This document shows, in pieces, positions 12,820 through 24,547 of a stretch of DNA of 64,000 bases. Numbering within the stretch: the stretch's first letter is position 1; each line of letters begins with the position of its first letter. Position numbers and translations under genes: made by a program. The stretch comes from Chiloscyllium plagiosum (lineage: Eukaryota): positions 6,603,210 through 6,667,209 of the forward strand of contig NC_057755.1 in NCBI RefSeq assembly GCF_004010195.1. The letters run 5' to 3'. Under the pieces are notes generated by a model. The model saw nothing but the letters and a program-made list of their open reading frames with translations, was not told the origin of the DNA and searched no databases.

Positions 12820-12919
12820 GAACTGCAGGAGATGGAGATCTAAAAAACAAAGACACCAAGTGCTTACACTCCTACCTTCACATCCAAAGCACCACAAGCC
12901 ACCATTACCACCACCTCCG

Positions 12920-13210
12920 GCGGGATGCTACACAGACTTATATCCCCCCCCGACCCACACTTGGCAGCAATCCATATGGACCCAGGACACCCTGGTCCAC
13001 TCCTCCTCTGCTCTCAACAACCCAGCACCTTCCCACGAAATCGCAGAAGGTCCAACGTTTGCCCGTTTACCCCCTCCTTCTTCATTACCTCAGGACCTAG
13101 ATACACCATCCAGGGAGCGCAGCAATTCACCTGCACTTCATTCAATCCAATCTGCTGTATTCGGTGTTCATAATGAGGTCTCCTGTCTGCTGGGGAGATG
13201 AAAGACAGAA
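12920..13210 (+). mobile_element. Degenerate Penelope-like (Neptune-type) GIY-YIG endonuclease fragment
   Basis: Translates as STFPRNRRRSNVCPFT...QFTCTSFNPICCIRCS**GLLSAGEMK, matching the PLE pattern of a Cys linker followed by FTC.S.NxxY.I.C..C...YIGET; contains stops. Confidence 0.7.
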
Positions 13211-13479
13211 TGCCTCTGCTCTACTTTTCTAATTTCTGGTATTACACACCCTGTTCTGCTTCTGAGATATTTCTTCATTGGAATTTATGATCTTGGTAAT
13301 CGTTCAACATAGTAATAGTCACACTTGTTGAATCAAGAGACTCAGATCACCGGTGATGTCAAAATGCCACTGATCACCAATGGTCCTTCCCGTTATTAGC
13401 TTGGACATCTGTGAAGGACGACCTCTAATTCTATCCCTCTCGTTCATGTTCTGTGCTCTGTTTACAATTCGCTGCATTG

Positions 13480-14770
13480 GCCAAAAGCAACTGTTAATCA
13501 ATATCTCGTGACATCGTGATATTTCAGGGCACTGAAGGCGAGCTCATACAGCCAATTTTCAGAAGCCGTTTGATGAGATGCCACACAGATCCAATGCCAA
13601 CGATTGCACAATGTTCAGCATCATTCGCACCTCCTCAGATATTGAAGCAGTCCAGGTTCAAATGCAACAAGATCTGGACAATACTCACGTTTGTACTGAC
13701 ATATGCCAATAATGTTCATACCACACAACTGCCAAGCAAAGACCATCTCTATAAAGAGACAATGCAACCACTACTCCGTGAACATTCAATACAATTATCA
13801 TCACAAACTTCCAGTGTCAACATCCTTAGGGTCACCATTGACCAGAAACTCAACTGGACCTGCCAGATAAATACACAGCAGGTCTGACACTAGGAACATA
13901 CTCCAGTGAGGAACTCACCTCCACCCTGGATGGGTGCATACCAGAGGGTTTAATTTCTGTATACAAGTTGTACATTTAAGACAGCTGTAAAGGAATTTCA
14001 TCTCTCAGAAGGGAGTGCATCTGTGGAATTCTTCACCGCAGAGGGCTGATATAGCTGGGTCGCTTCAAAACTGAAATGGATGGATTTTTAAACTGGAGGG
14101 CAATCAAAGGGTACTGAGAAAAGGCATGAATGTGAAGTTGAGGATTAGCAGATTAACCTTGACCCAATTTAATGGCAAAGCAGACTCTGTGGGCTGAATG
14201 GCCTACTTTGCTCTTACGTCATACGGTTTTAAGCTTCTTGAGGTTTGTTGGAGCTGTATCCACCCAGGCAAGTGGGGAGTATTCCAGCACACTCCCAGTT
14301 TGTGCCTTGTAGATGGTGGACAGGCTCTGGCCAGTCAGGAGGATGAGTTGCTCACTGCAAGATTCACAGTATTTGACGTGCTCTTGTAGCGACAGTGTTC
14401 TATGACGAAGCCAACTCAGTTGCTGGTCACTGGTGACCCCAGCACGTTGACTGAGGGATTCAGTAATGGTCAAGTCAGTGAATGGCGGGGATGGTTGGTG
14501 TGGTTAGATTGTCTCGTATTGGAGATGCCTGTGGCATGAATGTTACTTCCCACTTGTCAATCATTGGCCTTGATCTCCCCAAAGCCTTGTCCACCATTTG
14601 TAATGCACACGTCACAAGTCTGATGGAGAACTCTCAAGATGACCGGATGAGTGCAGCCTCAACACTATTCAAGAAGGTCCACAGCACCCAGGGCAAAGAT
14701 GCCTGCTTATTTGGCACTCCATCTACCACATTCAACGTAAAACAGTGGCAGCAGTGCATACCACCTACAT
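13480..14770. mobile_element. Old non-LTR retrotransposon fragments of a different CR1/L2-group family, both strands
   Basis: LRVTIDQKLNWT (+); QSLSTIYKAQTGSVLEYSPLAWVDTAPTNLKKL (-); a similar copy at 14580-14720 (+). Confidence 0.65.
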
Positions 14771-15299
14771 TAACCGACCAGGGCTCCTCTGACCCATGAC
14801 CTGAACTGCTTCTACCCCTGCTCCATCAAAAAGAGTCACATACCATACTGGATTGGAACTACTTAGTGATGCTTTTCCACTGGGGCTGGTTCAAAATCCT
14901 GAAACTCCTTTCCGAAGAGACCCACAATTGTCACTATGTCCCTGCTTCAAAACAGCAGGTCACCACAAACCTCAGCATGGTCAATTACACGGGCACCATT
15001 TTCATACACACTGTTGGCGCTGTGACTTGGTTGGCAATGAATGTTGGTCCAGCCAGTGAAACATACCCATCCTGGGTACAGATTAAAGAAACCTTGTTGA
15101 TCAGTTAATAGCAAAACAATTCTCACCTAGAGTGAGATGAAGAGATACCAACAACACTGGTCACCAAATCTGGATCTACAAGATGGATTTCAAAGTTTGA
15201 AAATTCAGATTCAGGGAAGAAATTCCAGAGCTCAGAGCCCAGGCGGCTGGACGAACGACGACCAACAGTTGCAAGATTAAAATCCACAAAAATCCAGCT

Positions 15300-15638
15300 G
15301 GCTGGTACGTTGGATTAGTGGTTAGCAGTGCTGCCTCACAGCATCGAGAACCTGAGTTCGATTCCAACCTCGGATGAATGTCTGTGTGGAGTTTGCACAT
15401 TTTCCCCCGTGTCGGCATGGATTTCCTCCAGGTACTCTGGTCTCCTTCCACGCTCCAAAGATGTGCAGATTCGGGTGGATTGGCCATGATAAGTTGCCCC
15501 TCAGTGTCTAGGGATGTGCATGCTCGGTGGGTTAGCCACAGAAAATGCGGGGTTACAGGGATAAGGCAGGGGATAGGAAGCTCTTGAGAGGGTCGGCGTG
15601 GGCTGAGTAGCCTTCCTCCACACAGTAGAGATTCTATG
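15300..15638 (+). mobile_element. HE1-type V-SINE, older copy
   Basis: Same head and central domain, more diverged. Confidence 0.8.
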
Positions 15639-16189
15639 ATACTGCTTTGCCACAAAATAAGGATGCCTCTCTGCCTTGAAATTAATACAACTCTGACGTT
15701 GTAAATATGTATTACAGAAATACATTCTCAAAATAGGCCAGCATCTCAGTTGATCATCCCTATTTTAAGCAAGCTGGAATATGTGGGGATTGATTATTTA
15801 TGCCTGACAACACTTGTGACTCTTTGGAGTTATATCACAATGGAAGGCAGGCTGTTTCTTGCTAGATTGTACTTGATCAACTGTCCCAGCCCAATCTACG
15901 GCAAAAGAAACCAAACTCCTTGTTAATATGGATATCAAACCATAGAGAAGACCCCATTTCACTCAATCCCTGCCTTCCTGCACATGACTGAATGACAAGA
16001 GATTTTGACTTTGCCGACTTTGCTGGCTCCTAGGAAAGTACACTTTATTCCCAACAAAGATTTCTCACAGCATAAGACTCTTCCTGATCGCTGCCTCTCC
16101 CTTTGAGTCTCTTGAGCTGCCTTCAATTTCTCCTCTCCATCTCTCACCCATCTCTCTTTCTTCATCTCCATTGCTATCACGCCTCACAA

Positions 16190-16421
16190 TCTTCCCACCT
16201 CAGGCGACTGACTGTGTGGAGTTTGCACATTCTCACCCGTGTCTGCGTGGGTTTTCTCCCACAGTCCAAAAATGTGCAGGTGAGGTGAATTGGCCATGCT
16301 AAATTGCCCGTAGTTTAGGGGCAGGGGTAAATGTAGGGGAATGGATTGCGCTTCGGCGGGTCGGTGTGGACTTGTTGGGCCGAAGGGCCTATTTCCACAC
16401 TTTAAGTAATCTAATCTAATC
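16190..16421 (+). mobile_element. HE1-type V-SINE, 5'-truncated
   Basis: Central domain and TAATC tail. Confidence 0.85.
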
Positions 16422-17319
16422 TCGTGACTCACCTATCCACAGCTCATCTCAATCTCGTGCTTTACAATGCCTCATCCCATGCCTACCTGGTCATCTTCTC
16501 ATTCGCTGTCTATCTTTCTCACTCGACTGCACACCCAGGCTTGCCCTCCGTCTCTGCTGCTCTTTCTCAACATTCTCCGTTCCTCATCACCAGCCTCCCC
16601 CACTCATACGTATTACAAACATGAAACATGCACTTTACCTTAATCATCATCATCATCATCATCATGTTCCCCCCCCCCCGCCCCCGAAGTAGACCAGCCA
16701 GACAGCTCTCCAGGGGAAATCATTTACAGGAGTTCAACCTGACATATTCACTTTTGACCTTCAGGGATTTTATTTTAACAGTCTGTGTTAATTTGAGGAA
16801 TTTGTTATCTAAGCTCACATTCCCAGGACAGGGTCAGATACACAGTAAATCAAACAAAGCTCAAAGACAGTCAAGTCTGAAAGCTCCAAACTAGAGGGAG
16901 ATAGTGGGTCGTGATTATGTCACTGGAGCAGATATCCAGACGCCCAGACAAGTGTACTGGGGACAAGGGTTCAAATCCCATTAATGCACCTGATAGAACT
17001 TTAAGAAGTAAATTGATAAATCTGGAATTAACAGCTAGTCTCAGAATCGGAAACCAACAGCAATTGTTACAGAAACCAATTTGATTCACCTTACTTGGTC
17101 TGATTAATCAGTGACAGGCTTACATGTGGTGGACTTGTGTGTTCACTGAATTGGAATGGACAAGTTAGTCAGCTCACGCAGACTTTGAAAAGAGCATCAA
17201 ATGTTCACCCACGAAGAAAGAAACCCACCCATCCACCCCCACCCATTTTTCAAGTATGTAGTTACAGAAGTTCTGGTCTCTCCCCAATCGGGAAGGTGTT
17301 GTTAAACTTGAATAGGTTC

Positions 17320-17930
17320 ACAATAGATTAACAAGAATGTTGCCAGGGTTTTTTTGGGGGGAGGGTGTGTTGAGCTACAGGGAGAGGCTAAGTAGGATGG
17401 AGCTGCTTTCCCTGGAGCATCAGAGGCTGAGGAGTGACCTTGTAGAGGTTTATAAAATCATATGGGGAATGGATAGGGTGAATAGACGGCCATCGTTTCT
17501 CCAAAGTCGGGGAGTACAAAACTAGAGGGCATAGATTTAAGGTGAGAAGGGAAAGATTTAAAAGGGACCTAAAGGGGAATGTTTTCACATTGAGGGTGGT
17601 ACTGTGTTTGGAATGAGCTGCCAGGGATGATTGTGGAGGCTGGTACAATTACAACATCTCTCTGCCGAGAAAATTATTTGCCCCGTGCTTCTCTTCACTC
17701 GACCTGACGAAGGAGCAGCACTCTGAAAGCCTGTGATTTCAAATGAACTTGTTAGACTATAACCTGGCGTTGTGTACCTTCTAACATTTAAAAGGTATCT
17801 GGATGGTTATGTGAAAAGAAAGGTCTTAGAGGGACATGGGTCAAATGCTGGCAAATCAGACGAAATTAATTTAGGATATCTGGTCAACGTGGACGAAAGG
17901 TCTGTTTCTGTGCTGTCTATCTCTATGTCT
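17320..17930 (+). mobile_element. CR1 3' fragment
   Basis: SYRERLSRMELLSLEHQRLRSDLVEVYKI plus tail. Confidence 0.85.
17657..17783 (+). mobile_element. Single-arm family A element inserted into a CR1 fragment
   Basis: GACCTGACGAAGGAGCAGCACTCTGAAAGCCTGTG...CTATAACCTGGCGTTGTGT interrupts the CR1 sequence ACAATTACAACAT|TTAAAAGG, with AACAT duplicated. Confidence 0.7.
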
Positions 17931-19557
17931 ATTTCCAATATGTTCTGTCGAGAACAAAATTAGGCCTTGGCGTTTTCAGTTTCCCCTGAGAGCATGTGTT
18001 TGTTTATTCCAAGCTATCAATTCCCTTTTTGTTTTGATCCTAGCTGATGGCAATACTGAACAAGTCAGGTTCCAGAATCAAATCTGGCTTGGTGAACTAA
18101 GTTTTACATTTTGATTTCTTCACCATAAGTTCAGCCACTGAATTTATACAAATGCAACGTGCATGCGAACACACACACGTACAGTTGTGCATGTACTTTG
18201 TATGAAAAAACACACATTTTATTACAGTGACAGAAGACACCTTGGAAATACCTTTTTGCAAAGATCAGAAAAAAGGTAAAACACTATATCCTCACAAAAT
18301 TCTTCACAGATACACAGTGAAGTAAAACTAATACTTTGATTCCTTTTTTTTTAAATCAACGGAAAAGGCTACAAGCTATCAGTGAATTACTGTATTCACC
18401 AGCTTCAGTCACTCCAGCTGAGAAGTGTAAGATGAGAACTAGGGCTTTTCCCAAACCTATCTACTTGGACTGCTGAAGTAGCTTCTCACCTTTTTTTTCC
18501 AGTTCTGAAGACCTAGAGACTGCCAATATCAAAATTTCTCAACGCAAAATGCATCTTTTCTCTCTGAACTGGATATGCTGACATTTTCTGTCAATCTGTC
18601 TCCTTTTGGGTCATAAATCTTCCAAGTCAGTGAATACTTCTAGTTCAGCAATCATCTCACCATGTAGCGTTTTGCTTGTCTTGTGAGTTTACTCAAAGCA
18701 GATGATGATCTATTGGCAAAAAGATTGTTTCGGACCATTTCATAAAGTCACCTTCACTGTACCAAAAACCAAAAACTCACTGACCTCTATTTTATAACCA
18801 AAGTCCCAAACAATAATATATTATAATTCTTTGCCACACTTCATTATTTGAAAATACTTGAGACTCAAGCTTCAGTGCAAAGATAAAAGTCTAATTTCTG
18901 CAAGAGATAGTTATGCAGCAGGCCATTCAGCCCCTCAAGTCAAGATACTCCCCAGAGATCTATCCAGTTAATCCCAGGCTTCACCTGTAGCCCCACTGAT
19001 TTATTTACTTCAAACAACTATCCAACTTCCCTTGGAAGTGCTTGCTTATTGTCACCTCATAAATAAAACACATGCAGACACTACCTTTGCCACAACACCC
19101 CATAGATTGTTCAGAGCGGTGTTGAACAGACAGAACTACGGCGCTACAAATGTGTGTCAGCACAGTGCTGTAACATCAAATACACAAACTCCATACTCTG
19201 ATACCTCAAATATGTTTAACAGAAAGCTAACAGTGTGCCTTGAATATTTTACTTACACCTGAACACAAATTTTTGAGACTTCCGTGCATAGAGCTGAAAA
19301 TCGCCTTGCATCCCTGCAGGGAGAGGGGAGGGAAGTTGGGGGTTGGAGGGAAGTGTGATATGAATGAAGCTAAGAAATAAATGCTTCAAAACATAGCAGC
19401 TGACTTGTATTCATCAAGTCCCACACTATGGTGAACCGGCATTGAGATGTGACGTAATACACATTGAGCACAACAAACGGGCAAACAGTTCTTGGAGTTA
19501 GCTGAGAGGGAACATTTGACCTCATTGAACTTCACAGCATAAAGGTGACACTTTTGC

Positions 19558-19826
19558 CAACTGCAGCGTTCCTCAGTAATGACCCTCAAGTAGTGCACGC
19601 CACTACATCAGCGCAGACCCCCTGACAGTGCGTTGTTCCCCCAGCACAGACCCTCCCACAGTACTGACCCTCTGACAATGCAGCGCTCCCTCAGCACTGG
19701 ACTTCTGACAGTGCGGTGATCCCTCAGCACTGACCCTCTGACAGTGTGGCAGTCCATTAGCACTAACCTCTCAACAGTGCGGCGCTCTCCCTCTCGATTC
19801 ATTAACAGAGCATGGCTCCCTCAGTC
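19558..19826. repeat. 33-bp minisatellite
   Basis: Unit approximately CAGYACTGACCCTCTGACAGTGCRGCGCTCCCT; starts at 19659, 19692 and 19725. Confidence 0.85.
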
Positions 19827-20569
19827 GTGTTCACTGAACAATGGGCTATGTGGCAGGGTGGAGAAACTGGGATGTCATAGTTTGAGTTGAGGGTGAAGAT
19901 GGTGGTCCAAGTCAGTCTCCAAAACCTGGGAATAGGGAGGCGCAGGAAGTGGATATTCACAACTGTCGGTGTGTGTGTATTCTTTTGGGCCACAATTCCC
20001 ATCGTTTGGTGGGGTTTCACACTTCCCAGGGTTAGATTGGAAGTTTGGATGAGGGAGAGGAGGGAAGGGTGCAAGAGTCACAGTCTTTGGAGAGATAGGG
20101 TGGGATTACAATACCAAGAGATTTGAGGAGAATGACCGTGTCTGAGGACGGAGTAGTGCTCTCAGCTCGTAGTAGTTGGGTAGAGGTCATGGTTCTTGGG
20201 TGTAGAGGAAGTCACAGGCAGGGCACAAAGTTCAAGGATCAGTGGGGGGAGAGGGGTGAGGTAGGAGGTCACAGATTCTGTATTAAATCGTGTTACATTC
20301 ACTGAATTCACCACTGTTAACATCCAAACGGTGTGGACAACACCACACACTTTAACGGGCGGACAGGGAGGATCACAGTGTTTAGGATGAGGAGCCACAG
20401 ATATGGGGGAGGTTGTTGGGGGTGGGGGTAGAAATTACAAGATGGAGGGATCACCAGTCTGGAAGGGGAGACGGCAATGTTTGGTCAGAGTCAGTGTCTG
20501 GGGTTGGGTCACAGCATCTAGATGAGGTCAGCACCTGGGGAGAGGTCACAGCACTTCGGGGGGGAGGTT

Positions 20570-21130
20570 TCTCAGGCCGATACCTGAACCCCTTCCTCTC
20601 CCGCTGTGAGGGGAGACCCTGGGGGTTAGGCCGCGGCCTTCAGCCCGGGCCTTGGCCCCTCAATCCCCCCCTCACCACAGACGCACACGGTGGGGAATCG
20701 AGCGGCCGTTTCGCCTCCCAACTGCCCGCCGCGCTCGGCTCACCTGCCGGTCCGACAGCGCGAACATGTCCCGGGACATGGCTCCGACTCTCGCCACTCC
20801 GTCGCTAACCCATCCCGACCGCCGCCATTGGCCGCGCCTGCGCGCACTGCCAGCACCGAGCATGCGCGGTCACGCCGCTGACGGGCTGGGGAGGGAAAGG
20901 GGCGGCGGTGCGCCTGCGCGTGCGCGCGGGACCCGGGCCGACGGATCGGCGCGTGCGCACTCTCTCCCGATCGCGCGGCCCTCCCCGCCCGTGAAAAAGC
21001 GGAGCCGCACCCACTCGGGAAGCATGCGCAAGACGTACTGAGCATGCGCGGGAAGGGGAGGGACGACCATGAGTGAAGGGGCGGGGCTGGACTTTCGGGG
21101 AGAGAGAGACAACAGGAGATCACGTGTTCC
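20570..21130 (-). promoter_or_regulatory. CpG-island promoter of the PAT1 homolog
   Basis: Very GC- and CpG-rich stretch around exon 1. NRF1-like GCGCnTGCGC/GCATGCGC at 20834, 20858, 20909-20926, 20949, 21021 and 21039; GC box GGGGCGGGGC at 21078-21087; E-box CACGTG at 21121-21126; YY1-like GCCGCCATT at 20821-20829. Confidence 0.85.
20744..20779 (-). CDS. PATL1: PAT1 homolog, coding exon 1 (MSRDMFALSDRQ)
   Basis: GGAGCC-ATG in Kozak context inside the CpG island; 36 nt ending CAG|GTGAGC (phase 0); joins in frame to exon 2. A second in-frame ATG at 20767 gives MFALSDRQ, comparable to the short first exon of vertebrate PATL1 (MFRYE). Confidence 0.8.
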
Positions 21131-21204
21131 AGAGCCCAGAGAGGGATGGATGGAGGTGGGGGTGGAGCACGGGGAATGCTTTGTTTAAGGAAGCCATGCA
21201 GTCA

Positions 21205-21388
21205 TGGTTTGCAAATGCCGGTGTTGGACTGGGGCGTACAAAGTTAAAAATCACACAACCACGGGTTTAAATGGAAGCACTAGCTTTCGGAGCGCTGCTC
21301 CTCCTTCAGGCGCTTCATCAGCAGCGCTCCGAAAGCTAGTGCTTCCAATTAAACCTGTTGGACTATAACCTGGTGTTGTGTGATTTTT
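21205..21388. mobile_element. Palindromic Penelope-like mini-element (family A)
   Basis: AAAAATCACACAAC...GGAAGCACTAGCTTTCGGAGCGCTGC inverted against GCAGCGCTCCGAAAGCTAGTGCTTCC...GTTGTGTGATTTTT; perfect 13-bp TSD AGCCATGCAGTCA at 21192 and 21389. Confidence 0.85.
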
Positions 21389-21657
21389 AGCCATGCAGTC
21401 AGGTTTTCTTCGGAGTCAGTTTGCAGAAAGCTCACCAGGATTTAGAATTAGAATTAGAATTAGAATGTCCTTTATTGCCACGTACGCTCAAGGACAGGAG
21501 CACAGTGAAAAGTTTGCAAACAGGAGGCTGGAAGAACACAGCAAGCCGGGCGAACCATATGGCCTAGGTACATAAATTAGGCCAGGAGAAAGTGAGGACT
21601 TTCGAAATTAATGCAATATTCTCTACCTACCAGTGTGTATTAGTGAGGGACGTGTGG

Positions 21658-21731
21658 GGGTGGGTAGTATAATCGGTAGCGCGTCACACCTTTTAATCTG
21701 AGGGTGCAGGGTTCTAGTCCCTGATCGGGCT
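21658..21731 (+). pseudogene. tRNA-Lys(TTT) pseudogene
   Basis: Retains TCGGTAG, CTTTTAATCTGAGGGT and AGTCCCTG-TCGGGC; the 5' acceptor strand and D-arm are broken; flanks match those of the intact copy. Confidence 0.85.
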
Positions 21732-22169
21732 CTGCCTTTAAAAATGGAGTTCTCAGTCCTGTATCTAAACAATCAATTCGTGAGACGAGAAAACCTGATT
21801 TGTTTCAAGACTGAAACAAAACACGTCGCCCAGAAGCAGCAGACAGGCTGATTTCAAACTCATTCTGCTGTTCATCCACGTAACATTACCACAGGTAAAT
21901 GTTTCAATTCCTTCCCTGGTAATTATTTGACACTGTTGAAGTATAGTTTTTGCGCTTGCACTATGGGGAGATTGTGGATACGACTGTGTTACAGAAACAC
22001 ATTGGACAGAGTAGATAAAAGCCGAAAGAATTGCGGATGCTGGCCATCAGAAATTGCTGGAAAAGCTGAGTACCTATGGTAGCATCTGTGGAGAGAAATC
22101 AGCGTTACCCGTTTGGGTCGAGTGACTCTTTCTGCAGAGTCTGAGCGAGATTTATTCATAATTTCCCCA

Positions 22170-22655
22170 GTTGTGAAACTTGAAAGAGTTCAGAAACCAT
22201 TTCCAAAGTTGTTGCCAGGTTGGAGGACTTGAGCTATAGAGAGAGGCTGAATAGGCTGGGACTGTATCCTCTGGGGGGTTGCAGGCTAATGGGTGACCAC
22301 TGAGAAGTTTATAAAATCATGAGAGGCATGGATAGGATACATAGACTAAGTGTTTTCTCTGGAGTGTGCGAGTCCAGAACGAGAGGGCATAGATTTAGGG
22401 TGAGAGGGGATAATGTTACAAGGAGATTTCTTTTTACAAGCAGAGGATGGTGCATGTGTGCGATGAGCGGCTAGAGGGAGTGGTGCAGGCTGCTACAATG
22501 ACAACATTGAAAAGGCATTTGGATATGTGCATGAACAGGAAGGTTTTAAAAGATATGGGCCAGCAGCCGGCAAATGGGGCTAACATAGCTTTGGATATCT
22601 GGCTTGTATGGACTGAAGGGTGTGGGTGTATTTCTATGATTTAAAGCTCTATAAC
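22170..22655 (+). mobile_element. CR1 3' fragment
   Basis: GTTGTGAAACTTGAAAGAGTTCAG...AGTCCAGAACGAGAGGGCATAG, homologous to the other CR1 copies. Confidence 0.8.
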
Positions 22656-22763
22656 TGCGTGGTGCGCTCGGGCCTCCACGATAACTGGCAACTTTTGGAT
22701 TTATGGTTCACGTTGGAATGGTAACATACAAGCAATCATAATTTCCCAACTCATTTCAGTCGA

Positions 22764-22826
22764 GGAGCACGAACCCACGGCCTTCTACAGGTAAAGCCGA
22801 CGTGATAACCACTACACCATGGAACC
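22764..22826 (-). pseudogene. tRNA-Val(TAC) pseudogene, 3' end deleted
   Basis: GGTTCCATGGTGTAGTGGTTATCACGTCGGCTTTACCTGTAGAAGGCCGTGGGTTCGTGCTCC; anticodon stem disrupted and 3' acceptor strand missing. Confidence 0.88.
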
Positions 22827-23368
22827 TACAAGCCCTGAAAGCAACCCGTGACTGTGTTTGACCTGATTTGGAACCGGAGGGTTTCGGAGCACAGCCCCTT
22901 CTTCAGTTCTCTCGCTGCCTTTCCTGTGCGTTCAAATAAACCTGTCGGACTATATTCTGGCGTGGTGTGATTTTTGACTTTGTCCAGCCCAGTCCAACTG
23001 CGGCGCTTACACGACACGTGGTTTCCTTGACACATTCTGCTTGCAGCCATTTGGAAGATGGATTTGGTTTTTTTTTTCTCAGCACTGAGAGTCTCACTGG
23101 GCTGGAAACATGAATCGTGTTTTCTCCCGACAGTTGATGTCAGGGCTGTTGATTTTCACGAACAATTTGTGTCCCTCTCCTTGTGAGTGCGTTTGGAAGG
23201 CTTCAGCTGGAAGTGGTGAATTTATTTTTTGACTTCAGGAAGCAACCTGCAAGCCAACCGCACAGAAAGAAGAAGATGAGAGAGTGTGGAGTTGATGCAG
23301 GATTGGAGATGGGTTGGTGCCGGTGAAATGCGATTGTGAACGCATTGTGGGAATAGGGGGAAGCAGTG

Positions 23369-24480
23369 AGAACATGGAACATGCATGACTATGACTGCGC
23401 CCCAAAGGCCCTTCGGCCCTCAATGTTGTGGCGACCTCTGGAGCTAATCTGAAGCCCATCTATCCTACACTATTCCGTTTTCATCCATTTGTCTATCCAA
23501 TGACCATTTAAATGCCCTTAAAGTTGGCACGTCTACTGCTGTTGCAGGCAGTGCGTTCCACGCCCCTACTACTCTGTGTAAACAAAACTACCCCTGACAA
23601 CTCTCCTATATCTATCACCCCTCAATTTAAAGCTTCTTGTCCTCGCCATCACCATCAGAGGTGTCACTGTCCACCCTATCTAACCCTCTGATTTTCTTAT
23701 ATGTCTCAATTAAGTCACCTCTCAACCTTCTTCTCTCTAACAAAAACAGTGTCAAGTTTCACAGTCTTTCCTCATAACACCTTCCTGTCATATCAGGCAA
23801 CATTCCTCTGAACCCTCTCCAAAGTTTCCAGAGCGTTCCTGTAATGCGGTGACCAGAACTGTACGCAATACTCCAAGTGAAGCCGCACCAGAGTTTTGTA
23901 CAGCTGCACATTAACTTGTGGCTTCGAAACTCAATCTCTCTACCAACAAAACCTAACAAACCCTACACCTTCTTAACAATCCTATCAACCTGGGTGGCAA
24001 CTTTCAGGGATCTACGTGCATGGACACTGAGATCTCTTTGCTCATCTCCACTTCCAAGAATCTTACCATTAGTCCAGTACTCTGTATTCCTCTTGCACCT
24101 TCCCAAGTGAATCAGCTCACACTTATCCGCATTAAACTCCATTTGCGCCCTCTCAGCCCAGCTTTTGCAGTTTATCTATGTCCCTTTGTAACCTGCAACT
24201 TCCTTCAGCACTATCCACAACTCCACCAAATTTACTAACCCATCTCCAACACCCTTACCTCGGTCATTTATAAAAATGACAAGCAGCAGGTGGACCCAAG
24301 ACAGATCCTTGGGGTGCACCACTAGTAACTGAACTCCAGGATGAATATTTTCCATCAACCACCACCGGTCGGTCTTCTTTTAGCTCGCCAATTTCTGATC
24401 CAAACCACTAAATCCCCTGCCTCCCTATTTTGTGCAATAGCCTACACGAAGAAACCTTGCCAAACGGCCTTACTGACATC
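23369..24480 (-). mobile_element. CR1 fragment interrupting a tRNA unit
   Basis: RT C-terminal half and 3' tail; truncates the Val-Lys spacer at about 23370. Confidence 0.85.
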
Positions 24481-24547
24481 ATTACACATTAACCGCAAGT
24501 AATCATAATTTAGCAACTCATTTTAGTCAAGGTGCAAGAAAGTATGA

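Noticed and set aside
12759..12897. Poly-Asn and poly-Tyr ORFs
   Set aside because: Translations of a (TAA)n microsatellite.
20652..21270. Divergent protein-coding gene from a bidirectional promoter
   Set aside because: Plus-strand ORFs are GC-content artefacts with no linked exons or recognisable product.
22880..22906. CTGAAGA...GAAA motif on the minus strand in the tRNA spacer (also about 24686-24712)
   Set aside because: An old family A-like relic; stem III palindrome and stem I pairing are lost, so it is not called a ribozyme.
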